Part shown: positions 18,812-28,927 of the stretch, in pieces
Layout of the letters: every line of letters begins with the position of its first letter
Numbering within the stretch: the stretch's first letter is position 1
Source: Polyangiales bacterium
GTDB lineage: Bacteria > Myxococcota_A > Polyangia > Polyangiales > Houyiibacteriaceae
DNA: 49,366 nucleotides
Reading direction: 5' to 3'
NCBI GenBank assembly: GCA_045106895.1
Contig: JBGCFM010000055.1
Coordinates: 1-49,366 of the forward strand
Made by a program: the position numbers and the translations under genes
The notes under the pieces: model-generated
Seen by the model: the letters and a program-made list of their open reading frames with translations, nothing else
The model's database searches: none
What the model was told of the DNA's origin: nothing

Positions 18812-21800
18812 AACGCAGTCCCTTCGAACGAGTTCTTCTGTTCTTTGCCCGGCAGCGGGCGCTGGCGCTGGCGCTATTCGCGGCGGTCTGCGTCCTCGGC
18901 TTCGCGGTGATCCCTTTCGACGTCACCTCTACCGGCTCCTGGGCCGAAGACCTGCCGCGCTCGCCGGTGCACGTCGACGCGATCCCCGACACAGGCGCCA
19001 ACCAGCAGGTCGTCTTCGCAGGATGGCCAGGCCAGGCCGCCGAAGACGTCGAACTCTACGTCACCTATCCGCTGAGCAGCGAGCTTTTGGCTTTGTCCGG
19101 CGTGCGCACCGTTCGCAGCACGTCGGCGACGGGCTTCTGCGCGCTCTACGTGGTCTTTGAGGACGAGAGCGACTTCTTCGAGGCGCGCACCCGCCTCACG
19201 GAGAAGCTCGCGTCTTTGGCCGACGACCTGCTGCCCACCGGCGTTCACCCACGCCTCGGCCCTGACGCCACCGGACTCGGTCAGGTGTTTTGGTATGTTC
19301 TCGAGGCGCAGCACGCTTCTGGCGACGTCGCCGCCGGCGCCTTCGACCTCCACGAGCTGCGCGCAATCCAGGACGATACCGTTCGCCCCGCGCTGGCGTC
19401 CGTACCCGGCGTCGCGGAGGTCTCGTCCATCGGAGGGCATGTCGCAGAGTGGCAAGTCGAAGTCGATCTGCCCCGCTTGTCTGCGTTAGGCCTCGACCCC
19501 GGTGACGTGCGCCGCGCCGTGCGCCGCAGTCACCTCGACACGAGCGGTGGACGCCTCGACGACAACGGCGCGGAGTATGTTCTTCGTGGTCGCGGCAGAC
19601 TTTTGAGTCCTGAAGACCTCGAGAGCGCCCTCGTCCGAGAAGAAGGCGGCATCTTGCTCCGTGACGTCGCGCGCATCGTGCTCGGACCCGCGCCACGTCG
19701 TGGTCTCTACGACCTCGATGGACACGATGCCGTCGGCGGCGTGGTGGTGGTCCGCTATGGAGAGAATCCGCGTGAAGTGCTCGACGGGGTCCGCGCGCGC
19801 ATCGCCGAGCTCGCCCCCTCGCTTCCTTCGCGCGAAGTCCGCGGCGGCGGGGCTCGCATCACCGTTCGTCCTATCTACGATCGCAGCGAGCTCATCGACG
19901 ACACCGTCGCGACGCTCGGAACGGCGCTCCAAGAACAGCTCCTCATCAGCGCCCTCGTGCTGATGCTGATGCTCGGAACTCTTCGCGGCGCGTTGGTGGC
20001 GGCGGCGATCCCGCCACTCGGAGTCCTCGTGGCCTTTATGGCCATGTGGGCCTGCGGCATCGAGGCGAACGCGATGTCTTTGGCGGGCATCGCGATCGCC
20101 ATCGGCAGCATGATCGACATCGGCATTGTGTTCGTCGAGAGCGCCCATCGTGCTCCCGCCTCGGAAGACTCTCAGGAGCGCACCAAGGGCCTGGTGGCGT
20201 CCCTCGCTCAAGTCGCGCCGGCGACGCTCACGAGCGCGCTCACCACGGCCATCAGCTTCTTGCCGGTCTTCGCTTTGGGCGCAGGGGCCGGTCGGCTCTT
20301 TCGCCCGCTGGCGTTCACCAAGACCTTCGCTCTCCTCGGTGCGCTCCTCGTCGCCTTCGTCCTCGTCGCTCCCGCAGCGCGGACGTTCATGCGGGCTGAG
20401 CGTTCACTCTCGATCCGTGCGCGCATCATCTTCAGCGCGCCTCTCTTGTGCGTACTGCTCTACGTGCATCGGGAGTCACCGCCGCAGATGGTGCTTCTAG
20501 GCCTCGGCGTCGGCATCCTGGTGACGCTCTTCGTACTCTTTGAGCGCAGCTATGCGCGCGTGCTCTCCTTCGCCTTACGTCACCGCCGCCTCTTTCTCGT
20601 TCTTCCCTTGGCTCTTTTGGCGGCGGGCGTCATCAGCGCGACGCGCCTCGAGCAGGACGGCCGAACTCCTTTTAACGAAGGCTCGTTTCTCTTTATGCCG
20701 TCGGCGCCGGCGCACGCGTCTATCGCTAGCGTGCAGCGCCTCTTGCGCGAGAGCGACGCGGCTATCGCCGCGATCCCCGAAGTCCGCGCGGTCCTCGGCA
20801 AGGCCGGCCGCGTGGATAGTGCGCTGGACCCAGCGCCGCTTTCGATGTTCGAGACGATGGTCTTCTACCACCCTGAGTTTGCCATCATCGATGGCGAGCG
20901 CGTCCGCCAGTGGCGCGATCACATCCGCTCTCCGGCGGACATCTGGGACGAGGTCGCCCGCGCCGGAGCCCGCCCCGGTTTGACGCCGGCGCCGATGCTT
21001 CAGCCCATCGAGACGCGGCAGATCATGCTCCAGTCGGGCATGCGCGGACCCATCGGAGTACGACTCCAGGCGTCGAACTCTGGCCTCTCGAACGAGACCT
21101 CGAGCGAGGCGCTGACCCGCGCTGCGGCCCAGGTTGAAACGATGTTGCGTGGCCATGAAGCCGTGCGACCCGGCAGCATTCAAAGCGAGCAGAGCGCGCG
21201 TGTTCCTTACCTCGACATCGAGCTTCGCCGCGAAGCCCTCGCGCGTCACGGCCTCCACGCAGATGAGGTCCTCCGTACCTTCGCCTCCGTCACTGCCGGC
21301 ACGTTGGAAGGCGAGGTCTTCGAAGGGCGCACGCGTCGCGCCATACGTGTCCGCGCCGAGCGCTCCGGCCGGCAGTCCATCGCCGCCATCGAAGCGATCC
21401 CTCTCCGCGGAGGTCTGCTGCGGCTCGGCCAAGTGGCGGACGTCGTGTACGCCAGCGGCCCCGCCGCGATTCGCTCCGAGGACACGCTCGAGACCCGCTA
21501 CGTACTCTTCTCCGCCGGCTTCGACGCGGATGCTGGCGAGGGACGCATGCTGCGTCCCGGCGAAGCGGCGACGCGTCTTGAAGATGCCCTCGCCGCGCTC
21601 GATTTGCCCGAAGGCGTCCGGGCTTCCCTCGCCGGTTCTTTCATCGAAGAAGAGCAAAGCGCCAAAGAGCTGCGAGTCCTCGTGCCCATCGCGTTTGCCT
21701 TGGTTTTTCTCCTCGTCTTTCTCCAGTTCCGCAGCCTCACCTCGTCGGTGACGGTCTTCAGCGGCGCGTTTCTCGCCGTCGCTGGTGGGCTCTGTGTCCT

Positions 21801-22164
21801 AGTCGCTCAGGGTGCGTTTGCGGGCGGCTCCGCGTCGCTGGGTCCCGCCGCCCTCGTGGGTTTCATCGCCCTCGTCGGCATCGCCGTGGACGACGGAGTC
21901 CTGATGATGACCTTCCTGCGCGACGCTCCCCCGGATGACTTCGAGCGCATCGTCTTCGCCGCCGGCAAACGTGTCCGCGCTTGCTTGATGACCACCGCCA
22001 CCACGCTCCTCGCGCTCTTGCCGGTGCTCCTCGCATCGGGGCGGGGGGCCGACCTGATGACGCCTATGGCGTGGCCACTCTTCGGCGGCATGGCCTTCGA
22101 GCTTCTCACGCTCCTCGTCGTGCCGGTGCTCTATTCGCTTCGGAGTCCGAACAAGCCTACGTAG
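18808..22164 (+). CDS. cusA: CusA/CzcA-family heavy-metal efflux RND transporter, Cu(I)/Ag(I) type
   Basis: VDAIPD, LGPDATGLGQVFWY, MSLAGIAIAIGSMID, MTTATT. Met triad equivalents present: FMPS, APLSMFET, IMLQSG. ATGA overlap with cusB. Confidence 0.93.
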   Translation: MKRSPFERVLLFFARQRALALALFAAVCVLGFAVIPFDVTSTGSWAEDLPRSPVHVDAIPDTGANQQVVFAGWPGQAAEDVELYVTYPLSSELLALSGVRTVRSTSATGFCALYVVFEDESDFFEARTRLTEKLASLADDLLPTGVHPRLGPDATGLGQVFWYVLEAQHASGDVAAGAFDLHELRAIQDDTVRPALASVPGVAEVSSIGGHVAEWQVEVDLPRLSALGLDPGDVRRAVRRSHLDTSGGRLDDNGAEYVLRGRGRLLSPEDLESALVREEGGILLRDVARIVLGPAPRRGLYDLDGHDAVGGVVVVRYGENPREVLDGVRARIAELAPSLPSREVRGGGARITVRPIYDRSELIDDTVATLGTALQEQLLISALVLMLMLGTLRGALVAAAIPPLGVLVAFMAMWACGIEANAMSLAGIAIAIGSMIDIGIVFVESAHRAPASEDSQERTKGLVASLAQVAPATLTSALTTAISFLPVFALGAGAGRLFRPLAFTKTFALLGALLVAFVLVAPAARTFMRAERSLSIRARIIFSAPLLCVLLYVHRESPPQMVLLGLGVGILVTLFVLFERSYARVLSFALRHRRLFLVLPLALLAAGVISATRLEQDGRTPFNEGSFLFMPSAPAHASIASVQRLLRESDAAIAAIPEVRAVLGKAGRVDSALDPAPLSMFETMVFYHPEFAIIDGERVRQWRDHIRSPADIWDEVARAGARPGLTPAPMLQPIETRQIMLQSGMRGPIGVRLQASNSGLSNETSSEALTRAAAQVETMLRGHEAVRPGSIQSEQSARVPYLDIELRREALARHGLHADEVLRTFASVTAGTLEGEVFEGRTRRAIRVRAERSGRQSIAAIEAIPLRGGLLRLGQVADVVYASGPAAIRSEDTLETRYVLFSAGFDADAGEGRMLRPGEAATRLEDALAALDLPEGVRASLAGSFIEEEQSAKELRVLVPIAFALVFLLVFLQFRSLTSSVTVFSGAFLAVAGGLCVLVAQGAFAGGSASLGPAALVGFIALVGIAVDDGVLMMTFLRDAPPDDFERIVFAAGKRVRACLMTTATTLLALLPVLLASGRGADLMTPMAWPLFGGMAFELLTLLVVPVLYSLRSPNKPT

Positions 22165-22170
22165 AAACGA

Positions 22171-22728
22171 TCAGCAGCCGGCGGGGGGCGTGTCGCCGGC
22201 GCACGCAGCTTCAATGTTCGCGCGCACGGCGCTCTGCAGATTCGTGAGGCCCGCGGCGAGACCGATCTGCATCGCCTCGTCCAAGCTCTTCTCCTGCACG
22301 TAGAAGGCGCGAAGCGCGAGCATAGCGCCGGCTCGGTTGCCGCTGCCGCAATGAAGAAGGATGTCCCCTGTGGAAGCGTCGATGGCTTCGTCGACGAGGC
22401 GCGCGTTCGCCTCGGTGACGCCAGCCGCGCCATCGACGGGAACGGACACGAAGCGCATGCCGAGCGCCTCAACGTTTGTGCGTTCGACCTCAAAGCCGGC
22501 TTCGAGCTCAAGACGTAGCGTGATCACGGTTGTGACGCCCGCGGACTGAGCGCGCTCCAGCGCAGCGCGATCGGGTGGTCCCCCTGTGGTGATGGGTCCG
22601 AGATGCCGTTCGTTCGGGATGCCTAGGCTACTGGGCGCCTCGGTGGCCGCTGCGGGCGGCTGAACCTGCGACGTTGTGCCACCACAAGCGGCGAGAAGGG
22701 CGACGACAAGGAAGGAGAGACGAGTCAT
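22171..22728 (-). CDS. DUF442 / PTP-fold sulfurtransferase-like lipoprotein
   Basis: Lipobox [20 protein letters not shown] (CX5R loop). Alternative start at 22737. Confidence 0.8.
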   Translation of the reverse strand: MTRLSFLVVALLAACGGTTSQVQPPAAATEAPSSLGIPNERHLGPITTGGPPDRAALERAQSAGVTTVITLRLELEAGFEVERTNVEALGMRFVSVPVDGAAGVTEANARLVDEAIDASTGDILLHCGSGNRAGAMLALRAFYVQEKSLDEAMQIGLAAGLTNLQSAVRANIEAACAGDTPPAGC

Positions 22729-22821
22729 ATCACCCATGTAAAACAGAGCGCCGCCAAGCGAAAGGCCACCTGGGATGAAAGCGCTCTTGCCAGAACTCTC
22801 TCATCTCGCTACACGCGAGCC

Positions 22822-23376
22822 ATGGCTAGCGAGGCGGGGAGCGTGCGTATTGGCATCGTGATGGGCAGCCGCTCGGATCTGCCAACCATGGAGCATGCCG
22901 CGGACGCCTTGCGGAAGCTCAACGTCGCCTTCGAAATGAAGGTCGTCTCGGCGCACCGGACGCCGGATTGGCTCTTCGAATATGCCGAGTCCGCCGAGCA
23001 GCGAGGACTCGAGGTTATTATCGCGGGAGCAGGAGGCGCGGCACATTTGCCGGGCATGCTCGCCGCCAAGACCCTCGTCCCGGTTCTCGGTGTACCCATC
23101 GACGCGACGCGTCTCGCGGGCGTCGACGCGCTTTTGTCCATCGCGCAGATGCCCGGCGGCGTTCCCGTCGGTACCCTCGCCGTTGGAAAGCCAGGCGCCA
23201 TCAACGCCGCGTTGCTCGCCGCGGCGATCCTCGCCAACCACGACGCTGGCCTTCGTTCACGCCTGGCGGAGAGGCGGCGAGCTTCACGGGACAAGGTACT
23301 CGCGGATCGCACCATCGAGACCTTCACGCCGCTTTCAACAACAGCGAGCTCAGAAACCGCGGGCTCAAACACATGA
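22822..23376 (+). CDS. purE: N5-CAIR mutase
   Basis: [34 protein letters not shown]. Confidence 0.98.
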   Translation: MASEAGSVRIGIVMGSRSDLPTMEHAADALRKLNVAFEMKVVSAHRTPDWLFEYAESAEQRGLEVIIAGAGGAAHLPGMLAAKTLVPVLGVPIDATRLAGVDALLSIAQMPGGVPVGTLAVGKPGAINAALLAAAILANHDAGLRSRLAERRRASRDKVLADRTIETFTPLSTTASSETAGSNT

Positions 23377-24545
23377 GCGTTATTGTCCGCCCACCTGTGC
23401 TTGGCATCTTCGGTGGAGGGCAGCTCGCGCGCATGACCACCGTCGCGGCTCACGCCCTCGGCTTCAACGTTCGTATCCTCGACCCGGACCCTCATTGCCC
23501 TGCGGCGACGGTTTGCGATGAGCTCATCACAGCGGCCTTCGACGATTCTATCGCCGCCCAGCGCCTCGCGCTCGGTTGTGTTGCCGTGACCGTGGACCTG
23601 GAAAACGTGGGCCTTGACGCCATGCGCGCGGCGGCGAGGCATGCGCCTGTTCGTCCTAGCCCGGACGTGCTCGCCATCGTTCAAGACCGTGACACGCAGC
23701 GCGAGTGGCTACGGACCCACTCGCTTCCTATCCCGGAAGTTATCGCGGTTTCCACGAGCGCAGAGCTCGATGCCGCCCTCGCCAAGGTCCGTCGCCCGGC
23801 GTTCGTGAAGACGACGCGCGGCGGCTACGACGGCAAAGGCCAGGTGCGCGTCGACGGCGACGACAGCCAGGAAGAGGCGCGCGAGATGGTGCGCCATGTG
23901 CCCTGCGTCGTGGAGCAGAACGTCGCTTTCGTCGCGGAGCTAAGCGTGCAGATCGCCCGCGGTCCCGAAGGTGAGGTCGCTGCGTTTCCACCGGCGTACA
24001 ATCATCACGAACACCAGATTCTTTCGTGGAGCATGCTGCCCGCGCCCATCGAAGATGAGACCAAGGCCGCGGCCATTGAGCTCGCGACGCGCGTAGCCGA
24101 GCAGCTCGATTTAGTAGGCCTGCTGACCGTGGAACTCTTCCTTCTCGAAGACGGCTCACTGCTCATCAACGAGCTCGCGCCGCGCCCCCACAACAGTTTC
24201 CACTCGACGCTTCACAACGCGCGCTCCAGTCAGTTCGACCAAGTCGTTCGCGCCGTCACGGGGCTCCCCTTGGGGGACACCGGCGTGCTGCCTTATATCG
24301 TCGTCGCCAACCTCCTCGGCGAGCGGTGGAACGACGAGGGACAGCTTGATGTGAAAGAGGCGCTGGCGGTTGTCGGCGTCGACGTGACCATCTACGGCAA
24401 ACGCGTCGCTCGGCCGGCTCGAAAAATGGGCCATCTCACGGCAACCGCCGCGAGCGCGAAGGGTGCGTACGCTGCAGCCGCCGCCGCGATGAAGGCCATG
24501 GGAAGTCCGCTTCCCAAAGGTCTCCTCGACCTCAGCACTGTCTAG
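23373..24545 (+). CDS. purK: N5-CAIR synthetase (ATP-grasp)
   Basis: [34 protein letters not shown] overlap with purE. Confidence 0.97.
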   Translation: MSVIVRPPVLGIFGGGQLARMTTVAAHALGFNVRILDPDPHCPAATVCDELITAAFDDSIAAQRLALGCVAVTVDLENVGLDAMRAAARHAPVRPSPDVLAIVQDRDTQREWLRTHSLPIPEVIAVSTSAELDAALAKVRRPAFVKTTRGGYDGKGQVRVDGDDSQEEAREMVRHVPCVVEQNVAFVAELSVQIARGPEGEVAAFPPAYNHHEHQILSWSMLPAPIEDETKAAAIELATRVAEQLDLVGLLTVELFLLEDGSLLINELAPRPHNSFHSTLHNARSSQFDQVVRAVTGLPLGDTGVLPYIVVANLLGERWNDEGQLDVKEALAVVGVDVTIYGKRVARPARKMGHLTATAASAKGAYAAAAAAMKAMGSPLPKGLLDLSTV

Positions 24546-24669
24546 CGCCGGCCGTAGCCTCTGAAGCTCGTTGAGGTTCATGGGACGTGACCGTGAATTA
24601 GTTCGCCACAGGATTGCCTAATGGTTGCGGCAGTTTAGCGGCCATACCGGCAAGTGTTCTGTGCTTAAT

Positions 24670-24688
24670 GAAATTGACTTGCATTATC
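24670..24688. promoter_or_regulatory. Fur box
   Basis: The minus strand reads GATAATGCAAGTCAATTTC, a 14/19 match to GATAATGATAATCATTATC. It sits inside a 29-bp AT-rich imperfect palindrome TTAATGA...TCATTAA (24665-24693), upstream of TonB receptor and HmuY genes. Confidence 0.8.
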
Positions 24689-24709
24689 ATTAATGCCAGC
24701 AAGTCATCC

Positions 24710-25150
24710 ATGGCCTGCGCACGTGCTGCACTCATTGGAATCACCAAACCTCGCTCTTGGGCGCTCCGACTCGTGTTCTCCGTCGCGCTTCAACCCGCAT
24801 GCGTGGCGCGTTGCCTGGGCCTTCGCTGCGACCCCAGCGACCTCTGGCCTTCGGTGCTCTACGCGAACTTGGCGTGCGCCCACTGCGAAGACGCGGCCGT
24901 TCAAGAGCGCACCCACGACGCGATCGGCAAGGCCCTCAAGCCGGAGCTTGTGGGACTCAGCTGTTTGAGCTGTGGCGAGCTCGTCCAGCTCTTCTGCGAG
25001 GGCCGCTCCATGATGACCTTGCGTGAGCTCGCAGCGGTGCTCTGGCTCGTGTCGGAGCAGGCTAGCGCCGGCGAGACGATCCAGCGTCTCGCCGAAGAGT
25101 TCTCCCACGTCGCCGTGTCCGCCCGCTTCGCAGAGTCTTCGCATGCCTAG
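24710..25150 (+). CDS. Cys-rich hypothetical protein (146 aa, 9 Cys, two CxxC), first gene of the Fur-box operon
   Basis: ATG 21 nt after the Fur box; GC3-biased; stop overlaps the receptor start by 8 nt. Confidence 0.7.
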   Translation: MACARAALIGITKPRSWALRLVFSVALQPACVARCLGLRCDPSDLWPSVLYANLACAHCEDAAVQERTHDAIGKALKPELVGLSCLSCGELVQLFCEGRSMMTLRELAAVLWLVSEQASAGETIQRLAEEFSHVAVSARFAESSHA

Positions 25151-27260
25151 ATTCGTCGTTGCAGTTCTGCTCCTTGCGAGCGCTCGCGCAGGTGTCGCTC
25201 AGGTAGACGTCAGCGAGAGCTCCGCGGGACCTCTCGCAGGGACCGTGGCAGACGACCTGGGTTTCGTCGTCGCGGGCGCGACGGTGCGTGTCGGCGAGCA
25301 TGTGCGCGTCACAGGTCCCGACGGAGCGTTCGACTTCGGACTTGTCGCGCTCGGGCGCCATGATTTTTCGATTCGCGCGAGGGAGATGGAGCCCCTCGAG
25401 GGCGAAGTTCAAGTACCGCAGCCAGGCTGGAACCCGGTGCTTCTTCCAGTCTCGGACGGCTCCGCGCAGGTCATGGTGACGGCGGCACGTCGGCCCGTTC
25501 GCGTGCAAGACGCCGTCGTCGCGACGGAGGTGATGGACCGCGAGAGTCTCCTTCGCCTTGGCGCCCGCGACGCCGGCGAGGCTTTGGAGGAGCTCGGCAA
25601 CGTGCAGGTCGAGCGAACGTTTCGTGGCGCGTCCATCAGTCTTCGGGGACTCGACCCCGAATACACACTTGTTCTCATCGATGGCGATCGACAGCCCGGC
25701 GCCACCGGCGGCGCCGTCGATCTACAGCGCTATGGCATCGAGAACATCGAACGCATCGAGGTCGTTCGTGGTCCGAGCAGCGCACTTTATGGCTCCGAAG
25801 CCATCGGCGGCGTCGTGAACATCATCACCCGCGACTCCGACGAGGCTTTTCGCGCCTCCGCCTCCGCCTCCGGCGGAACTCTCGGACGCTACGACCTTAC
25901 GGGCTTCGTCGGAGCGCGCCCCACGGATGCACTTCGAATCACAGCGGGCGGTGCGCTGCACAACGTGAACTCGTTCTCGAACGATGGACAGCTCACCGAC
26001 GGGAGCGCGCGCAGGCAATGGAGCCTCAACGGGGCGATTCGGGTCGACCCGGATTCAAGGAACCGGCTTCGGCTCAGCAGCGACTACGTACGCACCGATC
26101 TTCAAGGAGTCGACGCTGGTGCCGGCCGCGCCACCTTTGACCGACGGCAGCTTCAAGAGCGCTCCCAGACGTCACTGGATTATCGACTCGTGCGCGGAAG
26201 TGTCTCCGTGCGCAGCCGCGCGAGCATTGGGACCTATCGGGAGCAGTACCTTTTGGACCAACGTGGTGCGGACGTCCTCGACCGGTTCGAAGACAACCAC
26301 GAGACCCTGGGGCAGATCTCCTCGGTGTTGGGCTGGCAAGTGCGTCCTCGCCATGCGCTCACCTTTGGCTTCGAAGAGCTCTTTCAATCCCTTCGTTCGG
26401 AGAGGCTCGCGACGCCGGGACAGCGCTTTCGTTTAGGTCTCTTCGGCCAGTACACCTGGACGGCGTATGAGCGCGGCGCGCGACGACTTGGCATCGCCCT
26501 CGGCGCCCGCGGCGACACCGATTCGCAGTTCGGCTCGCAGCTAAGCCCAAAGCTCGCGCTGCGTTTTACCCACGCAAATCGCTGGTCTGTGCACGCGAGC
26601 TACGGCCGCGGCTTCCGCGCCCCTTCGTTTCAAGAGCTCCTCCTCCGCTTCGAGAACCCGTCGGTGGGCTATGTTGTGGAAGGCAATCCGCAGCTCGGCG
26701 CCGAACGAAGTCACGGCGTTGACGTGGGTGGATCGATTCAGCCCGCCGAGTGGATGCAGCTGGACGTTTCGTTCTTTCGGAACGACGTCCGGGGGATGAT
26801 CGCCACCGTCACCCGGGCCGACAACGCGGGCGGTTCGCTCTTTTCGTACGACAATATCGAGCGCGTCTGGACGATGGGCATCGAGAGCTCGCTGCGCTTT
26901 TCGTACGAGCAGACCTTCCGGCTGCAAACGAGCTACACGCTGATGCTCTCGGAAACCGGGGAAGGTCGGCGACTCGAAGGTCGTCCGCTCCACCGCGTGC
27001 AGATGTCCGCGAACTTCCACCACCCGAAGCACAAGTTCGGCGCGACGTTGCGAGGCGTCGCTCAGCTTGGGCGTACCTACTACGCGGACGACGTTCAGAC
27101 GACGGCGGAGGCGCTCTACCAGCTGGACGCGCGCGTCTACGCCCGCTTCCTCGACGAAATCGAAGTCTTCGCTGGAGCCGACAACATCGTCGATGCCGGC
27201 GACGGATTCACCGCGCTGCAACCACGGACCTTCTACGGCGGCGTTCGCGCCCGCTACTAA
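25143..27260 (+). CDS. TonB-dependent receptor, HmuR-like, probably heme/iron
   Basis: Signal peptide; N-terminal carboxypeptidase-regulatory-like domain; VMVTAAR; plug motif IERIEVVRGPSSALYGSEAIGGVVNIIT; GFRAP...GNPQL; terminal PRTFYGGVRARY. Confidence 0.93.
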   Translation: MPRFVVAVLLLASARAGVAQVDVSESSAGPLAGTVADDLGFVVAGATVRVGEHVRVTGPDGAFDFGLVALGRHDFSIRAREMEPLEGEVQVPQPGWNPVLLPVSDGSAQVMVTAARRPVRVQDAVVATEVMDRESLLRLGARDAGEALEELGNVQVERTFRGASISLRGLDPEYTLVLIDGDRQPGATGGAVDLQRYGIENIERIEVVRGPSSALYGSEAIGGVVNIITRDSDEAFRASASASGGTLGRYDLTGFVGARPTDALRITAGGALHNVNSFSNDGQLTDGSARRQWSLNGAIRVDPDSRNRLRLSSDYVRTDLQGVDAGAGRATFDRRQLQERSQTSLDYRLVRGSVSVRSRASIGTYREQYLLDQRGADVLDRFEDNHETLGQISSVLGWQVRPRHALTFGFEELFQSLRSERLATPGQRFRLGLFGQYTWTAYERGARRLGIALGARGDTDSQFGSQLSPKLALRFTHANRWSVHASYGRGFRAPSFQELLLRFENPSVGYVVEGNPQLGAERSHGVDVGGSIQPAEWMQLDVSFFRNDVRGMIATVTRADNAGGSLFSYDNIERVWTMGIESSLRFSYEQTFRLQTSYTLMLSETGEGRRLEGRPLHRVQMSANFHHPKHKFGATLRGVAQLGRTYYADDVQTTAEALYQLDARVYARFLDEIEVFAGADNIVDAGDGFTALQPRTFYGGVRARY

Positions 27261-27289
27261 CCCTTCAAATTCGACGACACGAGACACCC

Positions 27290-28927
27290 ATGATTCTACG
27301 TACTTCGCTTTCTCTCCTCCTCTTTGCGGGGTGTGCTGATCCCATCGGAGGATTCGATGCCGGTCCCGGGACCGACGCGGCAAGTTCGGATGCAACGTTG
27401 CCCGACGGCGGACCCACGAGCGTGCCGACAAGGAGCGGCAACTTTCTCCATGACGACAATGGAAGCTCTGTCGATTCCCTCGTGGACGCCTCGGACACTG
27501 AATCGTGGCAATACCTCGACCTCGACACGGGTATGTCCACGGACGACCCCGCCGAGTGGGATCTGGCGTTTCGCCGCTTCTTCGTTCGCGTGAACGGCGG
27601 CGTGACTGGCAACGCCGGAGTCCTTACTCACATCTCATCAACGGCCTACGAGTCCCTCGCCCAGGCGCCTGACTCGGGCTGGTCGAGTGCGGAGCCCGAC
27701 GGCGCTGGGGACGACGACGACGAGCCTGACAACGTCTTCAACAACGGGTCCGACGATTGGTACGACTACGACGTCACGACACATTCGCTGAGTGCAAAAC
27801 CACGCGCATACGCGCTCCGCTCCAGCGCGGGGAGTTACTTCCGCCTTCAGTTTGTCGACTACTACGACGGCGCTGGGTCCCCGGCACAGATCGCTTTTCG
27901 ATGGAGCGGGATCGACGGGCCATCGAGCGGCGACCCCGACGCAGGCGTAGGTTTCGACGCGTCGACACCGGATGCTGGTCCTCCCGAAGCGGACGCCGGC
28001 CCGCCGCCTGGGAGCACGCGCATCGACGCCAGTGATTCCATTGCGTGGACCTACGTTTCCCTCGATACGGGGCTGGTCACGTTGGATGACCCTGAGTCGA
28101 GCGACGCTTGGGACGTGGCGTTCCGGCGCTCTGAAGTACGCACCAACTCGGCCTCGAGCGGTGCGGGCGTGGGCGGCGCCAAAGCGGACGACGCAGCGTT
28201 CGAGGACATCACCCTCACAGACACGTTTGACTTCGCCATCGACGCCATCGTGGATACCGGCGCGCCGGGCTCCACACCTACGAGTCTCAACCCGATTCTG
28301 CGTGCTTGGTACGACTACGACCCAAGTGCGCACTCCGTGACGCCGAAGGACTCGCGCTACATTGTGCGTGGTGGTGACGGCGCCTACTACAAGCTTGAGA
28401 TCCTCGGCTGGGTCAGCGGCGTGTACACGTATCGCGTAGGGTCCATCGAACATGAGGCGCCGGTTCGCGAGCTGACCTTGGTTACGCCGGACGCCAATGC
28501 GTGGGTCAATCTGGATCTGAGCCAGACCTACGTCGAGGAGGCGGACTTTACGGAGAGTCGCTGGGACGTGAGCGCGGCTCGTACGCTCTGGCGCACCAAC
28601 GGCGGCGCGAGCGGTGAGGGCATGGCCGGAGTGGTGCTGGTCGAACGTGACCTCGATGCGCTCGCCGACATCGGCGCCGCTGACTTCGTCACGGACACGA
28701 CCATCGAACCGACTCGACCCGGCGAGGAAGCCTACGCAGGGAACGTGGTTCTTGGCGACTGGTTTGATTACAATCCGGTGACGCACGTCGTCGCGCCGAA
28801 ACCGAGCGTCTTTGTCGTGCGCCGGCACACCGGTGATTTTGCGGCGCTCCAGATCACCGCCTGGGAAGACGGAAGTTATACGCTTCGGATTCGATACGCC
28901 GGTCCCCGCCAGGCGGTGTTCCAATGA
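27290..28927 (+). CDS. HmuY-family lipoprotein with three tandem HmuY-like domains
   Basis: Lipobox FAGC. Three repeats of W.[YN]..L.....WD[LV]...R....N...[ST]G and W[YF]DY[DN]...H...[PA]K...[YF].+R...G.[YF]..L. Confidence 0.85.
   Translation: MILRTSLSLLLFAGCADPIGGFDAGPGTDAASSDATLPDGGPTSVPTRSGNFLHDDNGSSVDSLVDASDTESWQYLDLDTGMSTDDPAEWDLAFRRFFVRVNGGVTGNAGVLTHISSTAYESLAQAPDSGWSSAEPDGAGDDDDEPDNVFNNGSDDWYDYDVTTHSLSAKPRAYALRSSAGSYFRLQFVDYYDGAGSPAQIAFRWSGIDGPSSGDPDAGVGFDASTPDAGPPEADAGPPPGSTRIDASDSIAWTYVSLDTGLVTLDDPESSDAWDVAFRRSEVRTNSASSGAGVGGAKADDAAFEDITLTDTFDFAIDAIVDTGAPGSTPTSLNPILRAWYDYDPSAHSVTPKDSRYIVRGGDGAYYKLEILGWVSGVYTYRVGSIEHEAPVRELTLVTPDANAWVNLDLSQTYVEEADFTESRWDVSAARTLWRTNGGASGEGMAGVVLVERDLDALADIGAADFVTDTTIEPTRPGEEAYAGNVVLGDWFDYNPVTHVVAPKPSVFVVRRHTGDFAALQITAWEDGSYTLRIRYAGPRQAVFQ

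Noticed and set aside
22738..22821. Purine/ZTP riboswitch upstream of purE
   Set aside because: The region is short and I could not recognise a consensus. An Rfam scan would settle it.
22968..23372. N-terminal extension of purK
   Set aside because: It is an off-frame overlap with purE. ATGA coupling at 23373 gives a normal PurK.
26750..27289. N-terminal extension of HmuY (725-aa ORF), suggesting a receptor-HmuY frameshift fusion
   Set aside because: The receptor has a normal terminal strand and stop at 27260, and HmuY has its own signal peptide from 27290.
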